A stretch of DNA of 5,758 nucleotides from a virus: the IMG/VR virus record IMGVR_UViG_3300022758_000325, positions 1 to 5,758 of that record. One strand, 5' to 3'. A program made the translations under genes and the position numbers. A model generated the notes under the pieces. That model was not told the DNA's origin, did no database searches, and was given only the letters and a program-made list of their open reading frames with translations. Below, in pieces: positions 1 through 4,436 of this stretch (position 1 is its first letter; each line of letters opens with the position of its first letter).

Positions 1-127
1 AGAATACGATACAGAGCAGGTTATCACTAAGACCCCCTCGAAATAAAAACTTCCCCCCGTGCCCTTTAGGGTCAGGGGGGTTGTTTTTATTTCTTCTTTA
101 GTCATGCCATGCGATGACCCAAGGCAT
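1..127. repeat. Terminal direct repeat (copy 1); identical to 5632-5758; marks a circular genome of 5,631 bp
   Basis: Base-by-base comparison shows nt 1-127 equal nt 5632-5758 with no mismatch. The repeat stops only because the window ends. It contains the 3' end of the Zot-like CDS (1-46, duplicate of 5632-5677), the bidirectional terminator and the 3' end of the minus-strand 76-aa CDS. Confidence 0.97.
45..88. terminator. Bidirectional rho-independent terminator between convergent genes
   Basis: The sequence reads AAAAAC-TT-CCCCCC (45-58) ... GGGGGG-TT-GTTTTT (75-88). C53-58 pair with G75-80, an inner CCC/GGG stem (62-64/69-71) has loop TTTA, and A45-C50 pair with G83-T88. An A-tract lies on one side and a T-tract on the other. 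It sits between the Zot-like stop (44-46) and the minus-strand stop (98-100). Confidence 0.8.
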
Positions 128-328
128 TTCACTACCTATCCATGCGTCGTGGTAAATTGCCGCAATTTTAATGTCGAAATAGTCGTATTTTCTCTTTGCT
201 TTTTTACCGCCAATATACACTTTTATTCCTTTCCCCTTTAGTATCGCTGCCATGCTTAAGGCTTCTTTCCGGCTGTTGTACCATGCGAAGCGGTTTACAT
301 CCTTGTGTGTAATTGTTTCATGTGTCAT
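98..328 (-). CDS. Hypothetical 76-aa protein (second gene of the minus-strand cassette)
   Basis: The ATG at 326-328 (minus) is preceded by a perfect SD, AAGGAGG, 8 nt upstream (reverse complement of 336-343). The stop is TAA and the terminator at 45-88 follows. I recognise no family motif. Confidence 0.8.
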   Translation of the reverse strand: MTHETITHKDVNRFAWYNSRKEALSMAAILKGKGIKVYIGGKKAKRKYDYFDIKIAAIYHDAWIGSEMPWVIAWHD

Positions 329-346
329 TTTGTTGTCCTCCTTTAC

Positions 347-583
347 TCAATCGCGTAGAAAACTTTTTCCGTCTTCGGTTCTTGCGATTGTTTCCCAATT
401 TTCTTTATCAAGATATCTTGTTGTATCTACGTAGTCGATGTCGATCCGTTTAATAATGGAGAATGTGTAGGAATCTCCATTTTCGTTGGCTGCGCTGTAG
501 TCGAATCTTTTGTATAGATAGTTTTTTGTGCATACGATTCTGTTTCTAATGACTTTTTCAAGGAATCCTTTTTTTACTTTCAT
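347..583 (-). CDS. Hypothetical 78-aa protein (first gene of the minus-strand cassette)
   Basis: The ATG at 581-583 (minus) is preceded by SD AAGGGGA with 7-nt spacing. The stop is TGA, 18 nt before the next gene start. I see no TM segment and no recognisable motif. Confidence 0.8.
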   Translation of the reverse strand: MKVKKGFLEKVIRNRIVCTKNYLYKRFDYSAANENGDSYTFSIIKRIDIDYVDTTRYLDKENWETIARTEDGKSFLRD

Positions 584-612
584 TTTGTTTTCCCCTTTCT
601 TTTTATGTCTCT

Positions 613-641
613 ATTGTAGCATATGATTCTTTATTTGTCAA
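613..641 (-). promoter_or_regulatory. Near-consensus sigma70/sigmaA promoter driving the minus-strand cassette
   Basis: The minus strand reads TTGACA (636-641), a 17-nt spacer, then TGC-TACAAT (-10 at 613-618 with an extended TGn). A T9 run at 654-662 gives an A-tract upstream on the minus strand, which is UP-element-like. The 7-bp inverted repeat TCTATTG (610-616) / CAATAGA (639-645) brackets the -10 and -35 and could be an operator. Confidence 0.8.
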
Positions 642-728
642 TAGAAAATTCTATTTTTTTTTGGGAATTTTGCAGGCAGTTGCCACGTTTAGTCACGCGA
701 TAGCGTCTCCACCGCGTCCCCCGTCCCC

Positions 729-747
729 GCAAGGGCAAAGCCCTTGC
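729..747. other. Perfect 8-bp GC-rich hairpin (GCAAGGGC-AAA-GCCCTTGC) inside the non-coding GC-rich island
   Basis: The 5' arm is 729-736, the loop is AAA 737-739 and the 3' arm is 740-747. It lies between the two divergent -35 boxes, so neither mapped promoter transcribes it. Confidence 0.7.
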
Positions 748-870
748 CCTTCAATACCTGTCCGCATTGGCTTTTTCGCGCTGTATGTGGCATTTGTCGT
801 GTAGGGGGTACGGCTATATCTTTTAACGCTTTTCTTTTGTCCTGCGTGCTCCTGTGGCTGTTTATGGGCA

Positions 871-892
871 TTTTTTTATAATTATAAAAAAA
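871..892. repeat. Perfect 22-nt A/T palindrome TTTTTTTATAATTATAAAAAAA
   Basis: Every position 871+i pairs with 892-i, with the centre between 881 and 882. It sits immediately upstream of the + strand -35 box, so it is in UP-element position. It could also be a protein-binding or bending site. Confidence 0.75.
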
Positions 893-898
893 ACCTTC

Positions 899-927
899 TT
901 GACACTTCTTTTTTTTTGTGTTATTTT
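899..927 (+). promoter_or_regulatory. Sigma70/sigmaA-type promoter for the + strand gene set
   Basis: TTGACA (899-904) is followed by a 17-nt T-rich spacer and then TGT-TATTTT (extended TGn at 919-921, -10 at 922-927). The A/T palindrome lies just upstream. Confidence 0.65.
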
Positions 928-960
928 CTATTCACACGAAGGGCATTTGAATCTTCGCAT

Positions 961-995
961 AATTCCTTTCGTGAATTACGAAAGGAATTTTTTAT
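961..995 (+). terminator. Leader hairpin with T-tract (attenuator or terminator-like, possibly an operator)
   Basis: A perfect 12-bp stem is formed by AATTCCTTTCGT (961-972) and ACGAAAGGAATT (978-989) with loop GAATT. TTTTATT follows immediately. It lies about 30 nt downstream of the predicted + strand transcription start. Confidence 0.55.
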
Positions 996-997
996 TG

Positions 998-1011
998 CCT
1001 TTCGGGAAAGG
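998..1011 (+). other. Second leader hairpin CCTTTCGGGAAAGG, reusing the CCTTTCG/CGAAAGG motif
   Basis: CCTTT (998-1002) pairs with AAAGG (1007-1011) around a 4-nt CGGG loop. The same heptamer core forms both arms of the 961-989 hairpin. Confidence 0.5.
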
Positions 1012-1026
1012 AAAAAAAGTAAGATT

Positions 1027-1161
1027 ATGAGCTTATCGAATGCAGAACTTTACCCACAATTTTTAGTTTTGTATTACTCTGCTGAAAAATCCGGTCGTTT
1101 AGTTGAACTTCTGGAAATTGGTATTGCTTCGAATTTTCATGATTGCTGTTTCCGCTATTGA
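1027..1161 (+). CDS. Possible small ORF (44 aa, MSLSNAELYPQF...)
   Basis: This is the first ATG after the leader hairpins. Its SD-like AAAGGA (1007-1012) is about 12-14 nt upstream, which is long. I recognise no motif. It overlaps the next small ORF, which lies in another frame. Confidence 0.3.
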   Translation: MSLSNAELYPQFLVLYYSAEKSGRLVELLEIGIASNFHDCCFRY

Positions 1162-1252
1162 ATATCGTAAGCTTGTCTTTTCTGATGTTCTTGCTTCACA
1201 TGGTCTTTCGCTGAAGGTTCGTGTTTATCATCTTATCCGTGCTAAAATCTAA
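1139..1252 (+). CDS. Possible small ORF (37 aa, MIAVSAIEYRKLVFSDVLASHGLSLKVRVYHLIRAKI)
   Basis: The translation looks protein-like, but I see no SD before ATG 1139. This frame is open from 1103. It may be a +1 continuation of the 1027 ORF rather than an independent gene. Confidence 0.3.
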   Translation: MIAVSAIEYRKLVFSDVLASHGLSLKVRVYHLIRAKI

Positions 1253-1274
1253 AATCGTAGAAAGAGGTATTTTT

Positions 1275-1517
1275 ATGAAAATTAAAGTATATGGCAAGGC
1301 TCATCTTTTCGGGACGTCGAAGAAAACCGGCAACAAGTATGATTTCATCCAGCTTCATTGTTTAGTTCCTCAGCGTGGCGTCGAGGGTGAGGCCGCAAAG
1401 GTCATTTCTATTTCTCCTGCTATCGTCAATTATGATTCTATTATCGTCGGTAAGTCTTGTTCCGTCGAAGTTGATTTTGATGGTCGCGTTTATTCTTGCG
1501 TTCCTGAGAAGTTTTAA
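1275..1517 (+). CDS. 80-aa protein, candidate gV-like ssDNA-binding protein
   Basis: ATG 1275 has SD AAAGAGG (1261-1267) at 7-nt spacing. The size, beta-rich sequence, lack of a TM segment and position next to rep match filamentous-phage gene V proteins. The function rests on analogy only. Confidence 0.55.
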   Translation: MKIKVYGKAHLFGTSKKTGNKYDFIQLHCLVPQRGVEGEAAKVISISPAIVNYDSIIVGKSCSVEVDFDGRVYSCVPEKF

Positions 1518-1530
1518 TTCTTTTGCTGGT

Positions 1531-1623
1531 GGTTCGGGGGTTCACCCTATAAACATGTCGTGCCCCCTGAACCACTATTCCGACAAGTAGTAATACGTCG
1601 GAATAGTGGTACAAAAATGTACC
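1531..1623. promoter_or_regulatory. Cluster of three abutting inverted repeats just upstream of rep; candidate replication origin or nick-site region
   Basis: IR1 is GGTTCGGGGG (1531-1540) paired with CCCCCTGAACC (1563-1573), giving 10 bp with one bulged T. IR2 is a perfect 14-bp stem, ACCACTATTCCGAC (1571-1584) with GTCGGAATAGTGGT (1597-1610), and loop AAGTAGTAATAC. IR3 is GGTACA-AAAA-TGTACC (1608-1623). No T-tract follows any of them, so they do not look like terminators. Confidence 0.5.
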
Positions 1624-1638
1624 TTAAGGGGGTATAAA

Positions 1639-2473
1639 ATGGTTCAGTACAACAAGTCTGTTGTTACTGATACTGGAACTTATTCTATTGATTATTTTAC
1701 TTTTGACTTTCTTCTTTTAACTACAATTCGCATATTTGATTTGCTTCTTCTTGAAATAGAGAAACTTAAGAGTTCTTGTATCAAGTATCAACACTTCCAA
1801 ACTAATTATTTTGGTAATTTGAAAGAAGTTTTCAATGTGATTCACTTCATATTGAGCTTTCACAAAATAATTTTCAACTTCGTCTTTCGTTTAATCCGAA
1901 TCACTGTATAAATTCCTCTATATTGGTGTTCTTGCTCCGCTTTGTTCGTGTTAACTGTTCCGTTATTGCATTTCGTGTTTCTCGTTGTGATTTCACTTAC
2001 GATATTCCTTTTCATCCTGATTCTGTTATGTTGCTTACTCGGAAAAATGAAGGTCACTTAAAATCTACTCGTTATTATGGTGTGCGTGGTACATCCGGTT
2101 ATCTTCGTATTTATGACAAGCGCTTGGAAGAACAGTCTCGGTTAAAGGATGATTTGATAGGTCATGATTTAACTCGTCTTGAATGGGAAGTCCGTAATGA
2201 ACAGCCTTTTAAGTTTGATCAATTTGCTGTTCCTGATTTCTCATCTCTTTCTGGTGCTGTTGCTCTTCTTAAATATGTAGCTCCTGAGAATTATAATGCT
2301 GCTTTGCTTGAGCTTGATAAGCGCACTCGTAAGAAAGTAAAAGATTCTGTTTTTACTCCATATCCTTTGATCCTGAGTTTTTTTTCCACCTCAAGGAAGT
2401 CTATCTCAGAGAATACGGCTTGCTTGACACGTTCCCGCAGTCGTGGCCGTCTAAGTTGGATGTATGTATATAG
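1639..2473 (+). CDS. Rep_trans-family (pT181 RepC / CTXphi RstA type) rolling-circle replication initiator, with the reading frame interrupted by two -1 shifts
   Basis: ATG 1639 has SD AAGGGGG (1626-1632) at 6-nt spacing. The first frame carries the N-terminal motif YSIDYFTF. The next frame (open from 1818) carries HIELSQNNFQLRL, VSRCDFTYDIP, YYGVRGTSGYLRIYDKRLEEQ and LTRLEWEVRNE. The third frame (open 2333-2473) gives FDPEFFFHLKEVYLREYGLLDTFPQSWPSKLDVCI and stops at TAG 2471-2473, 6 nt before the tRNA. The family assignment comes from remembered motifs, not a search. Confidence 0.7.
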
Positions 2474-2479
2474 CTATTT

Positions 2480-2553
2480 CGCGGGGTGGTGCAATGGTAG
2501 CACGTCACGCTCTGAATGTGAAACTGCTGGTTCGAGTCCAGACCCCGCAACCA
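2480..2553 (+). tRNA. tRNA with anticodon CUG (Gln by anticodon), encoded CCA end and an initiator-type acceptor stem with a C1xA72 mismatch
   Basis: I folded the cloverleaf manually. The acceptor is CGCGGGG (2480-2486) with CCCCGCA (2543-2549), followed by A73 and CCA (2551-2553). U8 is present. The D arm is GTGC-AATGGTA-GCAC, which includes GG. The anticodon arm is TCACG-CTCTGAA-TGTGA, with U33, anticodon CTG at 2512-2514 and A37. The variable region is 4 nt. The T arm is GCTGG-TTCGAGT-CCAGA, with a TTCGA loop and a G49xA65 mismatch. Confidence 0.85.
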
Positions 2554-2601
2554 AAACGGATTTGACTTCCGTTATTTGATGCCGTGAAAGGTGGTGGCGA
2601 A

Positions 2602-3864
2602 GTGAAGAAAAAGCAGCGGTGCTTATTGAAGCGCTTCGTCGCCCTTGTCGCGGTTCTGATGTTTTGTGCGTCTCTTTGTGTCCCTGCGTTTGCTTCAAAT
2701 AATGCTCAATGGCGTAAATGGGTTATTACTGATGAAGCTATGTTACCTAATGAGCAGGGTACTAATTCAAAATATTTTCAGCTTACACCCTTTCAGGATG
2801 GTGCTGTTTATGCTGCTGTCGTTCAGTCTTTTTCCTCGAAGTTCCGTTTTACTGTTACTAATGATGATGGCTCCTCTGTTCATGGTGGCAATTCTTTTGC
2901 GCTGAATTGCTATAATTATCCTGATTGGTGGCGCTCTGCTATTCCTTTAGGTGCTTTGTCTTATATTCAAGTTGTGCCTAAGTCTATCGGGTATGCTTCT
3001 TCGCCTTTTGCATCTTCTTGGACTTCTGCTTCTACTGCTCGTCTTTACTTTTTTGATAGTAATAATCGTATTGACTCCCTTGTTTGGTCTACTGCTGGGG
3101 ACTCTTCTAATCTTACTTCTGTTGGCGGTTATTCTACGGCTGTTGCTCCTCATATTTATCTGACTGAAGCTTCCTTTCCCACCGAACCTTCTACTTTTAT
3201 TGTCTGTGGTGCTTTATGGGTGAATGTTGGGCAAACTTACCGTGTTTCCCTTTCCAGTTTCCAGAATATTGTTACAGGTTGGCCCATTATCTCGTCTGAT
3301 ACTCCTACTTTGGGCGTTGGGCTTTCTACTGCTTATCTTACTAATTTGTCTTCTGATCGTCTCGTTATGGGTGTTCGCGTTAATGACGGTTTTTATTGTA
3401 TGATGACTGCTGAGATCACTTTTTGGGTTGATGCTAATAAGTTGCCCTCTGGTCTTAAAGTTGGCGATGAATTCCCAGCTGATACTGATGCTTTTGATGA
3501 TTTGCGTGATTCTCTTATTGAACAGTTCCCGGAAGCTTCTGATAATATCCAAAATGGCAAGGACACTTTGACCGGTTGGAATGATACTGATACCGTAGAT
3601 ATTGATGTTGCTTCATCTGCTATGTCTGTTCTTAACGCCTTGTTTCAGAATCTCGGTTCTTTCCTCTTCATTGTTTCTCTTATGGTTTTCGGTGCTGTTG
3701 TTCTTCGTATGTTCATTAAAAAGGCGGTGTGGATGACTTTTACTGAATTCTTTAAGCAGGTTTTCGGGTTGTTTGGTTCCGGTGGCGCGCTCGTGATTGC
3801 CGTTGTCGTTTTCCTTGTTTCTCTCGGCATTTATAAATTCGTAAAGGATTGGTTACCATGGTAG
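2602..3864 (+). CDS. Secreted 420-aa protein with C-terminal membrane anchors; pIII-like adsorption or minor coat protein candidate
   Basis: GTG 2602 has SD AAGGTGG (2588-2594) at 7-nt spacing, which is more convincing than the GTG at 2584. The N-terminus MKKKQRCLLKRFVALVAVLMFCASLCVPAFA/SNN is a classic signal peptide. A long Ser/Thr/Gly-rich ectodomain follows, then two hydrophobic helices at the C-terminus. It is the largest ORF in the structural block. The function rests on architecture only. Confidence 0.7.
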   Translation: MKKKQRCLLKRFVALVAVLMFCASLCVPAFASNNAQWRKWVITDEAMLPNEQGTNSKYFQLTPFQDGAVYAAVVQSFSSKFRFTVTNDDGSSVHGGNSFALNCYNYPDWWRSAIPLGALSYIQVVPKSIGYASSPFASSWTSASTARLYFFDSNNRIDSLVWSTAGDSSNLTSVGGYSTAVAPHIYLTEASFPTEPSTFIVCGALWVNVGQTYRVSLSSFQNIVTGWPIISSDTPTLGVGLSTAYLTNLSSDRLVMGVRVNDGFYCMMTAEITFWVDANKLPSGLKVGDEFPADTDAFDDLRDSLIEQFPEASDNIQNGKDTLTGWNDTDTVDIDVASSAMSVLNALFQNLGSFLFIVSLMVFGAVVLRMFIKKAVWMTFTEFFKQVFGLFGSGGALVIAVVVFLVSLGIYKFVKDWLPW

Positions 3865-4025
3865 ATTTTGTTTCAACACTTGGTACGGTTACCTCGTTTA
3901 TTGCTAATGTGCTGAATCTCCCTTTCTTTGGCTTCGGTACCTTTGGTAACTTCGTTCTTGTCTGTCTCCTGCTTTCGCTTGTTGGTTTTGTTCTTCGTGG
4001 CCTTTGGGATGGAGGTGATAAATAA
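3858..4025 (+). CDS. 55-aa double-hydrophobic membrane protein (pVI/pVII/pIX-like minor virion or assembly protein candidate)
   Basis: It falls below the 60-aa cutoff of the ORF track. ATG 3858 overlaps the upstream stop (ATGGTAG). SD AAGGATT (3844-3850) is at 7-nt spacing. The product is MVDFVSTLGTVTSFIANVLNLPFFGFGTFGNFVLVCLLLSLVGFVLRGLWDGGDK. Its stop TAA overlaps the next ATG (TAATG). Confidence 0.65.
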   Translation: MVDFVSTLGTVTSFIANVLNLPFFGFGTFGNFVLVCLLLSLVGFVLRGLWDGGDK

Positions 4026-4423
4026 TGGAAGTTCCTACTATTATTAAAACTTGGGTTGATTCTGACGGCGTTTCCGTCTATACAGTGCAGTATAAAGATG
4101 GTAGCACTTGCGATATGACAGTCCAGCAGTACGATTATCTCAAGGCATCCGCGCAGGCTGTCGCCGACTTGGATGCTAATGCTTCTGCTGATTCTCAGAC
4201 GGAAGAAACTCCTGCTCCCGCTGAACCTGCGCAGAACATTTCCGAAAGTCCGGACCTTCGTGATGGCTATGTACCGCAGGAAGAAGATTTACCTTTTGAG
4301 GGGAGTTTGACAGCTTATGATGACCGCGCCGCAGATACTCCGGCTCTGTATGTTAATCTCCCTGCTGTCTCTAATAGTTTCACTGCTATTATGGATTGGT
4401 TCGGTGATACGTTTTTTTATTGA
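4025..4423 (+). CDS. Acidic 132-aa protein without a TM segment, function unknown
   Basis: ATG 4025 has SD GGAGG (4011-4015) at 9-nt spacing and is translationally coupled to the 55-aa ORF. A compact N-terminal segment is followed by an Asp/Glu/Pro/Ala-rich low-complexity region. By eye its codon usage is more G/C-ending than the neighbouring genes. Confidence 0.75.
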   Translation: MEVPTIIKTWVDSDGVSVYTVQYKDGSTCDMTVQQYDYLKASAQAVADLDANASADSQTEETPAPAEPAQNISESPDLRDGYVPQEEDLPFEGSLTAYDDRAADTPALYVNLPAVSNSFTAIMDWFGDTFFY

Positions 4424-4436
4424 ACGGAGTGAGACG

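Noticed and set aside
59-241. 60-aa + strand ORF overlapping the terminator and the minus-strand 76-aa gene
   Set aside because: It starts inside the terminator hairpin and has no SD. The opposite-strand gene has a perfect SD and a clean stop/terminator layout.
689-871. 60-aa ORF on the minus strand inside the GC-rich island
   Set aside because: There is no SD before its ATG, which abuts the A/T palindrome. The Arg/Pro/Thr-rich translation is typical of a GC-rich non-coding region. It also spans the perfect hairpin at 729-747. I treat it as non-coding.
1375-1590. 71-aa + strand ORF overlapping the gV-like gene and the hairpin cluster; similar alternative-frame ORFs at 4420-4638, 4389-4631(-), 4695-5000(-), 5049-5255, 5406-5615, 5470-5661 and 5506-5736(-)
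   Set aside because: All lie in alternative frames of better-supported genes or run through structured non-coding DNA. None has an SD, and their compositions look like off-frame translation.
2424-2429. TTGACA hexamer 50 nt upstream of the tRNA as a dedicated tRNA promoter
   Set aside because: There is no acceptable -10 hexamer at 16-18 nt spacing (2446-2453 reads GCCGTCTA). TATATA at 2467-2472 has no matching -35. The tRNA is more likely processed from the long + strand transcript.
2474-2579. C-terminal 35 codons of track ORF 1923-2579 (...YFAGWCNGSTSRSECETAGSSPDPATKTDLTSVI)
   Set aside because: This stretch is the tRNA gene read as protein. The sequence is low-complexity, and the -1 frame provides a natural Rep C-terminus ending just before the tRNA. 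The TTG start at 1923 is also rejected because conserved Rep sequence in the same frame extends upstream to 1818.
2666-3830. Five overlapping ORFs of 61-112 aa inside the pIII-like gene on both strands (2666-2905+, 2951-3163+, 2947-3153-, 3214-3552-, 3645-3830-)
   Set aside because: They are Leu-rich or Arg/Ser-rich off-frame products of a T-rich coding strand. None has an SD, and all lie nested inside a well-supported 420-aa gene.
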